Positions 56,081 through 64,000 of a stretch of 64,000 nt of DNA are shown piece by piece. Under the pieces are notes generated by a model. It had not been told where the DNA came from and searched no databases. It saw only the letters and a list, made by a program, of their open reading frames with translations. How positions within the stretch are numbered: the first letter of the stretch is position 1; each line of letters starts with the position of its first letter. The stretch lies in assembly GCF_039767735.1 (NCBI RefSeq), contig NZ_JBDNBX010000053.1; one strand, 5' to 3'. The DNA is from Nocardioides sp. GTDB taxonomy: Bacteria > Actinomycetota > Actinomycetes > Propionibacteriales > Nocardioidaceae. The position numbers and the translations under genes were made by a program.

Positions 56081-57289
56081 GTGCGACTCGACCTGTCCGA
56101 TCCCACGCTCGACGTCACCTCGCCGCGGGTGCACGCGGCGCGTGAGCAGAGCTGGTACGCCGAGACCCCCTGGGGTCACGCGGTCCTGCGCTACGAGGCG
56201 GCCTCCGCGGTGCTGCGCGACCGGCGCTTCCGCCAGGGCAACGCCCGCTGGCCCGAGCAGAACGGCGTCCCGCACGGACCGTTCTCCGCGTGGTGGCACG
56301 AGACGTTGCTGAGTCTCGAGGGCGACGACCACTCCCGGGTGCGTCGGCTGCTCGTGCCGGCATTCCGCACCAGGACCATCGCGGCGATGACCCCGCGCTT
56401 CACCGCGCTGGCCCACGAGCTCGTCGACGCCTTCGCGTCGCGCGGCTCGGTGGAGTTCATCGCGGAGTTCGCCGAGCCGTACGCGGCACGGATCATCTGC
56501 CTCCTGCTCGGCATCGACGAGTCCGCCTGGCCCGAGGTCGCGCGCTGGGCCGACGACCTGGGTGCGTCGTTCTCGATCGACGTCGGCCGGCAGGTGCCGC
56601 GGATCGAGACGGCGCTGGCCGGCCTGTCGGCGTACGTCGAGGAAGTGGTGGCCGACCGCCGGCGCAGCCCACGCGACGACCTGGTCTCCACCCTGACCGC
56701 CACCCTGGCCGAGCCGGACGGACTCACCGAGCGCGAGCTGAACGTCGCGCTCGTCTTCCTCGCCTTCGCCGGGATGGAGACGACCCGCAACCAGCTGGGC
56801 CTGGCGCTGCAGACCCTGCTGCAGCATCGCGACCAGTGGCGCCTCCTCGGCGAGCGTCCCGAGCTGGGACCGCGCGCCGTCGAGGAGGTGATGCGCGTGA
56901 ACCCGACGGTGACCTGGGTGACGCGGGAGGCGCTCGAGGACCTCGTCCTGGAGGACCCGGGCGGCGGTGCGCCGCTGCGGATCGCGCGCGGGGGCATCGT
57001 GCAGGTGCTCTCGCACGCCGCCGGCACGGACCCGTCGGCGATGCCCGACCCGTCGTTCGACATCACCGCCCAGCGACCGCCCCACCACGGGTTCGGCGCC
57101 GGGATCCACCACTGCCTGGGTCACTTCGTCGCCCGCACCGACATGGCCGTGGCGCTGCCCCTGCTCGCGCGCCGGATGCCCGATGCCCGCCCCGACGGTC
57201 CGGGACAGTGGCTGCCCGTCTCGGGCAACACCGGCGCGGTGCGATTCCCGATCACCTTCTCCCCGGGCGTCGGTGCACCCGATGCCTGA
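56081..57289 (+). CDS. cytochrome P450
   Basis: Heme-thiolate loop FGAGIHHCLGHFVAR, I-helix-like AGMETT, and an EXXR-like EEVMR. Confidence 0.85.
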   Translation: MRLDLSDPTLDVTSPRVHAAREQSWYAETPWGHAVLRYEAASAVLRDRRFRQGNARWPEQNGVPHGPFSAWWHETLLSLEGDDHSRVRRLLVPAFRTRTIAAMTPRFTALAHELVDAFASRGSVEFIAEFAEPYAARIICLLLGIDESAWPEVARWADDLGASFSIDVGRQVPRIETALAGLSAYVEEVVADRRRSPRDDLVSTLTATLAEPDGLTERELNVALVFLAFAGMETTRNQLGLALQTLLQHRDQWRLLGERPELGPRAVEEVMRVNPTVTWVTREALEDLVLEDPGGGAPLRIARGGIVQVLSHAAGTDPSAMPDPSFDITAQRPPHHGFGAGIHHCLGHFVARTDMAVALPLLARRMPDARPDGPGQWLPVSGNTGAVRFPITFSPGVGAPDA

Positions 57290-57842
57290 GCGGGCCGCGC
57301 GGTGGGGCAGCGCCGCCGCGGGTGAGCAGGTCCGGCGCAGCGACGGCCGCGACGCCGAGGCACTGGTCACGCTGCACGAGGCCTGCTGGCGCGAGGCGTA
57401 CGCCGAGCTGATGCCTGCCGGGTTCATCGACGAGGTCTTCGCCGACCGCGACGCCCACGTCGCACGTCGCCTCGAGCAGGCGGCGGCCGGCCGGGCCACC
57501 TGGGTCGCCGAGCGGGACGGCGAGCTGGTCGGCTTCGCCTCCTCCGGGCCGCCACGCCTGGCCGAGCCGCCCGCGGCCCACGAGCTGTACGCCCTGTACG
57601 CGCGTGCCCACGTCTGGGGAGCCGGGGTGGGTCACGCCCTGCACGAGATCGCCGTCGGCGACCGGGACGCCTACCTGTGGACGTTGCAGGGCAACAACCG
57701 GTCGCGGACGTTCTACGAGCGCCAGGGCTACCGCGCCGACGGCGTCACCGAGGAGCAGCCGGCCGGACGACACGTGCGGATGGTGCGGGCGGTCGGGAGT
57801 CGGGCCGGGCGCGACCAGGGCAGTGCGACGATCTGCTCATGA
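57282..57842 (+). CDS. GNAT-family N-acetyltransferase
   Basis: Acetyl-CoA-binding region VWGAGVGHALH and C-terminal NNRSRTFYERQGYR. The ATG overlaps the P450 3' end by 8 nt. Confidence 0.7.
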   Translation: MPERAARWGSAAAGEQVRRSDGRDAEALVTLHEACWREAYAELMPAGFIDEVFADRDAHVARRLEQAAAGRATWVAERDGELVGFASSGPPRLAEPPAAHELYALYARAHVWGAGVGHALHEIAVGDRDAYLWTLQGNNRSRTFYERQGYRADGVTEEQPAGRHVRMVRAVGSRAGRDQGSATICS

Positions 57843-58666
57843 TCGCGCTGACCGGCGTCACCGGTGCCCTGGGGGGCCTCGTCGCCCCCGCCCTCGCCGA
57901 CCTCGGGCCCCGGCTGGTGGTGCGCGACCCGTCGCGGGCCCCCGACCTGGGGCTGCCGGTGCACCAGGCGTCCTACGGCGATGCCGGGGCGGCCGAGGCG
58001 GCCCTGAGCGAGGTCGACGTGCTGTTCATGGTCTCGGCCGCAGAGTCGGCCGATCGGCGAGCCGAGCACCGGTCCTTCATCACCGCCGCCGCGCGGGCCG
58101 GCGTACGACACGTCGTGTACACCTCCTTCAGCGGAGCCGACCCGGCCGCGACCTTCACCCTCGGACGCGACCACCACGACGCGGAGGCGGCCATCGTCGA
58201 GAGCGGGATGGCCTACACGTTCCTGCGCGACAACTTCTACCTCGACGTCCTGCCGCTCTTCGCCGACGAGGCGGGAGTCATCCGCGGCCCGGCGGGCGCC
58301 GGTCGCGTGGCCGCCGTGGCCAGGGCCGACGTGGCGGACGCCGCCGTCGCGGTGCTGCGCGACCCCGGCCCGCACGTCGACGCGACGTACACGCTCACCG
58401 GACCCGAGGCCCTGTCCTTCACCGACGTCGCCGAGCGGGCGGGCGTGGTGACGGGGCGCCGGCTCGCCTACGTCGAGGAGAGCGTGCCCCAGGCGTACGC
58501 GTCCCGGCGCGCGGCGTACCCCGATGCCGCCGACTGGCAGCTCGACGCCTGGGTGAGCACCTACACGGCGATCGCCGACGGTTCGTGCGAGCGGGTCAGC
58601 GAGGACGTCGCCCGGCTGACGGGCCACCGGGCGCGGACGCTGGAGGAGGCGCTCGCCCCGAGGTAG
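57839..58666 (+). CDS. NmrA-like / atypical SDR NAD(P)-binding protein
   Basis: Rossmann start MIALTGVTGALGG. The overall pattern (HVVYTSF...FLRDNFYLD) is typical of the NmrA/QOR2-like family. The ATG overlaps the GNAT stop (ATGA). Confidence 0.75.
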   Translation: MIALTGVTGALGGLVAPALADLGPRLVVRDPSRAPDLGLPVHQASYGDAGAAEAALSEVDVLFMVSAAESADRRAEHRSFITAAARAGVRHVVYTSFSGADPAATFTLGRDHHDAEAAIVESGMAYTFLRDNFYLDVLPLFADEAGVIRGPAGAGRVAAVARADVADAAVAVLRDPGPHVDATYTLTGPEALSFTDVAERAGVVTGRRLAYVEESVPQAYASRRAAYPDAADWQLDAWVSTYTAIADGSCERVSEDVARLTGHRARTLEEALAPR

Positions 58667-58720
58667 CCCTGGTCGACCGAGCCGCCCTGGTCGACCGAGC
58701 CGGCCCGGTCGACCGGGACG
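58667..58720. repeat. 18-bp tandem repeat x3, each unit carrying a GGTCGACC palindrome
   Basis: CCCTGGTCGACCGAGCCG / CCCTGGTCGACCGAGCCG / GCCCGGTCGACCGGGACG, starting immediately after the NmrA-like stop codon in a convergent intergenic spacer. Confidence 0.9.
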
Positions 58721-58742
58721 GTCCTGGACCAGAACGGCCGGC

Positions 58743-60599
58743 TCAGGCGGTGATGTGGTGCACGTAGCACCAACGCCAGTCCTCGCCCGGCTCGGCGGAC
58801 TGCATGACCGGGTGGGCCGAGTCGTGGAAGTGCGCCGTCGCGTGACGCTTGGGGGAGGAGTCGCAGCAGGCGACGTGCCCGCACGCCAGGCACTCGCGCA
58901 GCGCGACCCAGCGGGTCCCGTCAGCCACGCAGGCCGCACACGTGCCGTCGCCGCCGGTCTCGACGTGCGGTGCCGCCTCCAGGTGCTCGCACTCCTCCCC
59001 CGGACGCCGCACGCTGGTGCTGCTGCGCAGCTCGGCGCGCGACTGGCCGGCGCGGTCGAGCATCGACTCCTCGATGTCCAGCATCGAGAGCACCTCGGCC
59101 ACGACCTCCGACGGGACGCTGCCCGACGAGCGGACCTCGAGCACCCGGGAGCGCTCGGCCTCGATCATGGACAGCCGCAGGCGCGAGTAGAGCTCGCTCG
59201 GGGTCTCCTCGTCGGCCGTCGTGCCGAGTCGCTCCCAGGCGGCGAAGTTGCGCTGGTCGAGGCGTTGCCGGATCGAGTCGGCAACGCCGTGCAGGTCGTC
59301 GGTCTCCAGCTGCTCCAGCTCGTGGAGCCCCGCCTTCGAGGCCTGCTGCAGCAGGGTGGCGCGGGCGAGGGCGTCGTCCATCGGGTCGGGCGAGGGGACG
59401 TCGAGCCGCCGCGCGAGCCACGGGAGGCTCAACCCCTGGATGAGCAGCGTGCCGGCCACGACGGTGAAGGCGATCAGCAGCAGCACCTCCCGGTGCCGGG
59501 TCTCCTCGGGGATGATGAACGCTGCCGCGAGCGTGACGACGCCACGCATCCCGGCCCACCCGAGCAGGAACGTGTACGACGCCGGAGGGACCTCGCCGGT
59601 GCCCGCCCGCGGGCGCACCAGCAGGTAGCGCGCGGGGAAGACCCACACCAGGCGGAGCACGATCACCCCGACCAGCGACAGCACGCAGACGGCCGCGATC
59701 CGACCTCCGCCGAGGTCGCTGTTGCCGACGTCGTCGAAGAGGCGGGCGGCCTGGAGGCCGATCAGCAGGAAGACGACGTTCTCCAGGACGAACGCGATGG
59801 TGCGCCAGTTGATCCGCTCGGCGATCCGGGACTGCGCGGTCTGGATGACGGGTGCCTTGTGGCCCAGCAGCAGGCCGGCGACGACGACCGCGATGACGCC
59901 GGAGGCCTCGAGCTCCTCGGCCGCGATGTAGGCCGCGAAGGGCACGATCAGCGAGATGGCGGTGTCCATCAGCGGGTCGTCGAGCCGCTTGCGCAGCTGG
60001 GCGACCACGAGGAAGATCACCGCGCCGACGGCGACGCCGCCACCGGCAGCGACCACGAAGTCGAGCCCGACCTCCTCGAAGCTGATCGCCGCGCCGCTCG
60101 CGGCGATCGCGGTGCGCAGCGAGACCAGTGCGGTGGCGTCGTTGAGCAGCGACTCGCCCTCCAGGATCGTCACGATCCGTCGCGGCAGACCGATCCGGCG
60201 TCCGACCGCGGTCGCCGCGACGGCGTCCGGTGGGGCCACCACGGCACCGATCGCGAAGGCCGCCGGCCAGCCGACGCTGGGGACCAGCAGGTGCACCAGG
60301 ACCCCGATCCCCGCGGTGGTGAAGATGATCAGCCCCACCGAGAGCAGCAGGATCGAGCGGCGGTTGGCGTTGAAGTCGACCAGCGACGTCTGGATCGCCG
60401 TCGCGTAGAGCAGGGGCGGCAGCAGCCCGAGCAGGACCACCTCGGGCTCCAGGGTGATCTCCGGGACCCCGGGCACGTAGGAGGCCGCGACGCCCGCCAC
60501 GATCAGGACCAGGGGCGCCGGGATGCCGATCCGCTCGGCGACCGCGGTCACGGCCAGGACCCCGACGGCGAGCACGACCAGCAGGACCGCTATCTCCAC
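58743..60599 (-). CDS. CPA1-type Na+/H+ antiporter fused to a C-terminal UBP-type zinc finger
   Basis: About 400-aa NhaP-like membrane domain (ESLLNDATALV motif), a cytoplasmic linker, then CEHLEAAP...CAACVADGTRWVALRECLACGHVACCDSSPKRHATAHFHDSAHPV...WRWCYVHH (znf-UBP pattern). Confidence 0.8.
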   Translation of the reverse strand: MEIAVLLVVLAVGVLAVTAVAERIGIPAPLVLIVAGVAASYVPGVPEITLEPEVVLLGLLPPLLYATAIQTSLVDFNANRRSILLLSVGLIIFTTAGIGVLVHLLVPSVGWPAAFAIGAVVAPPDAVAATAVGRRIGLPRRIVTILEGESLLNDATALVSLRTAIAASGAAISFEEVGLDFVVAAGGGVAVGAVIFLVVAQLRKRLDDPLMDTAISLIVPFAAYIAAEELEASGVIAVVVAGLLLGHKAPVIQTAQSRIAERINWRTIAFVLENVVFLLIGLQAARLFDDVGNSDLGGGRIAAVCVLSLVGVIVLRLVWVFPARYLLVRPRAGTGEVPPASYTFLLGWAGMRGVVTLAAAFIIPEETRHREVLLLIAFTVVAGTLLIQGLSLPWLARRLDVPSPDPMDDALARATLLQQASKAGLHELEQLETDDLHGVADSIRQRLDQRNFAAWERLGTTADEETPSELYSRLRLSMIEAERSRVLEVRSSGSVPSEVVAEVLSMLDIEESMLDRAGQSRAELRSSTSVRRPGEECEHLEAAPHVETGGDGTCAACVADGTRWVALRECLACGHVACCDSSPKRHATAHFHDSAHPVMQSAEPGEDWRWCYVHHITA

Positions 60600-60724
60600 G
60601 GGAGGATCATGCCCGTCGTACGGCGGGATCGACGAGCTCGTTCGCGGTCAGCGCAACCGGGGGGACGTCCCAGCCGATGCACACTCGCGGAGCAGCACCA
60701 CCGGACGCGCCGGTCCGGACCCGA

Positions 60725-62332
60725 TCAGGCGCCGAGTGCGCGGATCCGCTCGTCGAGCTCGCGCCGGTTGTCGCGGCGGACGCCGACCTCGACGACCTCG
60801 ATGCCGCCGTTGGGCGAGGCCAGCGCCTGCTCCAGCTCCGGCAGGCTCCTCACCCGCAGGTGGGGGGTCCGGGTCGCGGCGCACAAGGAGCCGACGTCGA
60901 CGCCGTGCGGGGTGCCGAACAGCGCCTCGAACCGGTCGGCGTGCTCGGGAGCACCCTGCTCGAGCATCGTGAAGATCGAGCCGCCGTCGTCGTTGACGAC
61001 CACGATCGTGAGGTCCGGTGTCGGTTGCCCCGGCCCCAGGACCAGGCCGTTGCTGTCGTGCAGGAACGTCACGTCGCCCATCAGCGCCAGGCTGCGGCTG
61101 CTCCCCCGCTGCGCGTCGCGTGCCAGCGTGACCCCGATCGCGGTCGAGACCACGCCGTCGATGCCGGAGAGCCCCCGGTTGGCGACCGTCTTGCGGCGCG
61201 AGCCGACCGGGGTGGGCCGCGCCATCAGGTCGAGGTCGCGGATCGGGCTCGACGGCCCCACCACCAGCAGGCCCTCGGGCGGGACCGCCCGGCTGACCGC
61301 GCCCACCGCCTCGTACGGCGTGAGGTCGGGCACGGAGGCGAGCAGCGCGTCCAGACGGCGTCCGACCGCCCGGTCGGCCTCGCGCCAGGTCTCGAGCCAC
61401 GCGGCGTTGTCCCGGTCGGGGCCGGCCACCACCGGACGGTCGGCCCGCGAGGTCACCGGGAACGGTCGCTCGGCCCACACGCCCGGGGTCGGCACCGCCA
61501 CCACCTCGACGTCCTCACGTCCCAGGAGCCGGGTGACGGGTCGGGACAGCGTCGGTCGGCCGAGGACCACGACTCGCTCGATCCCGGCGCCCGGGCCGGA
61601 GTCGCCGAGCAGCAGCCGGTAGCAACGCAGCGCCAGGTCACCGGTGCGCGAGCCGCTGGAGGGCTCGGCGAGCAGCGGCCACCCGGCACTCTCGGCCAGG
61701 CGTCGGGCGAGCGGGCCCGCGTCGTCCCCGGCGACCACGACGGTGCGGGGTCCCACCGGCAGCTCCACGGGTGCGGGGGGCTCCTGAGGGTCGTCGGAGG
61801 CGGGGCACGGCTCCGGTACGGCGCTGGGTCGCCAACCCGCCTCGGCGGCGGGCGGCAGCAGGGGGTCGTCGAGCTGGACGTTGAGGTGCACCGGCCCCCG
61901 CGTCGCGAGGAGGCCGTCGGGCAGCGAACCGAGCACGTCGTGCGTGGGCACCAACGCGCCGAAGACCCCGACCTGGTCGGTGACCTGGTTGGCGCCGGTG
62001 CCGCGTAGGCGCGCCGGACGGTCGGCGCTGACCACGACCAGCGGCACCTCGGCGTGCACGGCCTCCAGCACCGCCGGGTGCAGGTTGGCCACGGCGGTGC
62101 CCGAGGTGCAGATGACGGCAGCGCGGTTGCCCTGCTTGCTCAGTCCGAGGGCGAGGAACCCGGCAGAGCGTTCGTCGAGCCGGGTGTGCAGGCGCACCAG
62201 GCCGGCCTCCGCGGCGGCGAAGGAGGCGAACGAGAGCGGTGCGTTGCGACTGCCCGGCGCGACGACGACCTCGGTCACACCGGCCTCGAGCAGGCGCTGG
62301 ACGACCTCGCGGGCGAGCTCGGTGGCGGTCAT
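60725..62332 (-). CDS. menD: 2-succinyl-5-enolpyruvyl-6-hydroxy-3-cyclohexene-1-carboxylate (SEPHCHC) synthase
   Basis: N-terminus VVVAPGSRNAPLS, DERSAGFLALG, and TPP motif LALMGDVTFLHDSNGL...VVVNDDGGSIF. The ATG overlaps the menC stop (ATGA). Confidence 0.85.
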   Translation of the reverse strand: MTATELAREVVQRLLEAGVTEVVVAPGSRNAPLSFASFAAAEAGLVRLHTRLDERSAGFLALGLSKQGNRAAVICTSGTAVANLHPAVLEAVHAEVPLVVVSADRPARLRGTGANQVTDQVGVFGALVPTHDVLGSLPDGLLATRGPVHLNVQLDDPLLPPAAEAGWRPSAVPEPCPASDDPQEPPAPVELPVGPRTVVVAGDDAGPLARRLAESAGWPLLAEPSSGSRTGDLALRCYRLLLGDSGPGAGIERVVVLGRPTLSRPVTRLLGREDVEVVAVPTPGVWAERPFPVTSRADRPVVAGPDRDNAAWLETWREADRAVGRRLDALLASVPDLTPYEAVGAVSRAVPPEGLLVVGPSSPIRDLDLMARPTPVGSRRKTVANRGLSGIDGVVSTAIGVTLARDAQRGSSRSLALMGDVTFLHDSNGLVLGPGQPTPDLTIVVVNDDGGSIFTMLEQGAPEHADRFEALFGTPHGVDVGSLCAATRTPHLRVRSLPELEQALASPNGGIEVVEVGVRRDNRRELDERIRALGA

Positions 62333-63288
62333 CGGTCGACCTCCGCCAGCCGCGCCTGCCAGTGCGCCACCCGGTCGGGCGGTGCGGCCAGGCGCGTCAC
62401 CGCCGCCTCGTCGACCGCTGCGGCCCCGACCGGGAGCAGCCCGTCTACCGGGACGAGTGGCGCGAGGGCGACGTCGTCGGTGAGCAGCTGCACGGTGGCC
62501 AGGCCGCACGCGTAGGGCAGCTCGGGCAACGCGGCCGCGAGCGCCAGCCCGGCGGCGATCCCGACGGAGGTCTCCAGCGCCGAGGAGACGACCACCGGCA
62601 GCCCGATGTCCTCGGCGATCCGCAGGCAGGCCCGTACCCCGCCGAGGGGCTGCACCTTCAGCACCGCGACGTCGGCCGCCTCGAGGTCGCGCACGCGGTA
62701 GGGATCGGCAGCGCGGCGGATGGACTCGTCCGCGGCGATCGGGACGGCGACGCGACGCCGTACGACGGCGAGGTCCTCCACCGCGGCGACCGGCTGCTCG
62801 GCGTACTCCAGGCCGCCGGCGGCGCGGTCCAGGGCTCCGATCGCCGCCACCGCCTCGTCGACGTCCCACAAGCCGTTGGCATCGACACGGATCCGGCCGT
62901 CGGGGCCGAGCGCGTCGCGCACGGCCTCGAGGCGCTCCTCGGCCTCGCCCAGGCTCTGGCCCGGCTCGGCGACCTTCACCTTCGCGGTCCGGCACCCTCC
63001 GCGCAGCACGATCGCGTGCGCCTGCTCCGGCCCGACCGCGGGGACGGTCACGTTGACCGGGATGCTCGCCCGCACGGGGGCGGGCCAGTCCTCCTCGGCG
63101 GCCTCGCGCGCGCACGCCAGCCAGGGTGCGGCGACCGTGGCGTCGTACTCGAGGAAGGGGCTCCACTCCCCCCAGCCGGCGCCCGCGGGGTCGGTGCCGC
63201 GCAGCAGTGCGACCTCACGGACGGTGATCCCGCGGAAGCGCGTGCGCAGCGGGATCGAGAGCACCTGCAGGTCACGGGTCTCAGCCAT
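62329..63288 (-). CDS. menC: o-succinylbenzoate synthase (enolase superfamily)
   Basis: Actinobacterial MenC pattern: SIPLRTRFRGITVRE, KVKVAEPGQ, IRVDANGLW, YAEQP, ADESI. It lies between menE and menD. The start is ATG 63288 or GTG 63294. Confidence 0.8.
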   Translation of the reverse strand: MAETRDLQVLSIPLRTRFRGITVREVALLRGTDPAGAGWGEWSPFLEYDATVAAPWLACAREAAEEDWPAPVRASIPVNVTVPAVGPEQAHAIVLRGGCRTAKVKVAEPGQSLGEAEERLEAVRDALGPDGRIRVDANGLWDVDEAVAAIGALDRAAGGLEYAEQPVAAVEDLAVVRRRVAVPIAADESIRRAADPYRVRDLEAADVAVLKVQPLGGVRACLRIAEDIGLPVVVSSALETSVGIAAGLALAAALPELPYACGLATVQLLTDDVALAPLVPVDGLLPVGAAAVDEAAVTRLAAPPDRVAHWQARLAEVDR

Positions 63289-64000
63289 CTGCACGCGCCA
63301 GGTCCTGGAGGCGGAGCCGGTCGGGCTTGCCGTTGGCCAGCACCGGGATCTCGGGTACGGCGACCACCTGGCGCGGCGCCCAGGCGCGGGGGTGCGCCGC
63401 TCTCACCCAGGCACGCAGCACCTCGGCCTCGACGGCCCCGGCTCCGGGCGTGCCGACGACGAACGCGACGAGCCGGTTGCCCCACTCCGGGTCGGGCACG
63501 CCGACGACCTCGGCCTGTGCCACCTGCGGGTGGGCGCGCAGCCGTGCTGCCACAGCGGGACCCGGCACGTTGACGCCACCACTGACCACGACGTCGTCGA
63601 GCCGTCCGAGCACCCGCAGGGTCCTGTCGGGCCGCACCTCGCCCGCGTCGGCCGTGACGAACCAGCCGTCGACCAGGACCTGCTCGGTCAGGTCGGGGTC
63701 GCCCTCGTAGCCGTCGAAGAGCATCGGCCCGCGCACCCGCAGTCGGCCGTCGGGGTCGCTCGCCACCTCGACCCCGTCGAGGGGCAGCCCGTCGTAGACA
63801 CAGCCCCCGCACGTCTCGGCCGAGCCGTAGGTCGCGACCACGGTGATGCCGGCCGCCGCCGCCCGCTCCCGCAGCCCGGGGTCGATCGGGCCGCCACCCA
63901 GGAGCACCGTGTGGGCGCGACGCAGCGCGCCCACATCGCTCCCGGCGGCGCCCGCGGACTCGGCGTCGAGCATCCGGACCAGCTGGGTCGGTACCAACGA
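63281..64000 (-). CDS. menE: o-succinylbenzoate-CoA ligase, 3' part (5' end lies beyond the window)
   Basis: Adenylate-forming C-terminal motifs TYGSAET, GWFVTADAG, GRLDDVVVSGGVNV, NGKPDR. The ORF runs off the window edge. Confidence 0.75.
   Translation of the reverse strand, partial: SLVPTQLVRMLDAESAGAAGSDVGALRRAHTVLLGGGPIDPGLRERAAAAGITVVATYGSAETCGGCVYDGLPLDGVEVASDPDGRLRVRGPMLFDGYEGDPDLTEQVLVDGWFVTADAGEVRPDRTLRVLGRLDDVVVSGGVNVPGPAVAARLRAHPQVAQAEVVGVPDPEWGNRLVAFVVGTPGAGAVEAEVLRAWVRAAHPRAWAPRQVVAVPEIPVLANGKPDRLRLQDLARADG

Noticed and set aside
58667-58720. Tandem repeats as a degenerate mini-CRISPR array.
   Set aside because: The units are directly adjacent with no spacers, only 18 bp long, and present in three copies. 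No cas genes are in the window.

Overview
This is a very GC-rich chromosomal segment, above 70% GC by eye (not computed), from an Actinomycetota genome. Gene order and protein sequences look Nocardioides/Propionibacteriales-like, but I cannot verify that without a database search.

I support about 58 protein-coding genes, 3 tRNAs, a few hairpin terminators, 3 short tandem repeats and 3 candidate regulatory sites. Most of the window is core metabolism:
- tRNA-Thr/tRNA-Met/rpmG/hadAB-like block (47-1345)
- a co-directional minus-strand run (2266-11306): amidase, LrgAB-like pair, tag, PAS histidine kinase, pirin, YdeP-type molybdoenzyme, hmgA
- fahA (12023-13132)
- an envelope glycosyltransferase cluster (14416-21767)
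- an F420-type Ddn-family protein, a CpdA-like phosphoesterase, tRNA-Tyr and yajQ
- a sulfonate/nitrate-type ABC importer
- korAB (27347-30453)
- the complete nuoA-N operon on the minus strand (47826-32148), start-stop coupled to a polyprenyl diphosphate synthase
- menaquinone genes (menG, menF, menD, menC, partial menE) flanking and following nuo
- an accessory-looking stretch (51899-60599): MBL hydrolase, LAL/LuxR regulator, PP2C phosphatase, a P450-GNAT-NmrA operon, and a Na+/H+ antiporter with a fused UBP zinc finger

I saw no CRISPR array, transposase, integrase or prophage genes, and no recognisable defence system.

The most interesting observations are:
1. A GT-C-type membrane glycosyltransferase is split by a single in-frame TAG, inside a tightly coupled five-gene envelope-glycan operon.
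2. An orphan acidic protein sits between hmgA and fahA and is coupled to fahA. It is a candidate for the isomerase step missing from the homogentisate pathway.
3. Nested perfect palindromes sit on the predicted korAB core promoter.
4. A Rex-like operator lies upstream of nuoA.
5. A very lysine-rich small secreted cysteine protein is encoded downstream of the nuo/polyprenyl synthase genes.

Functional calls rest on motifs I recognise by eye in the supplied translations and on gene context. Start codons were chosen by hand from start/stop overlaps, family-typical N-termini and Shine-Dalgarno-like sequences, and may be off by a few codons.
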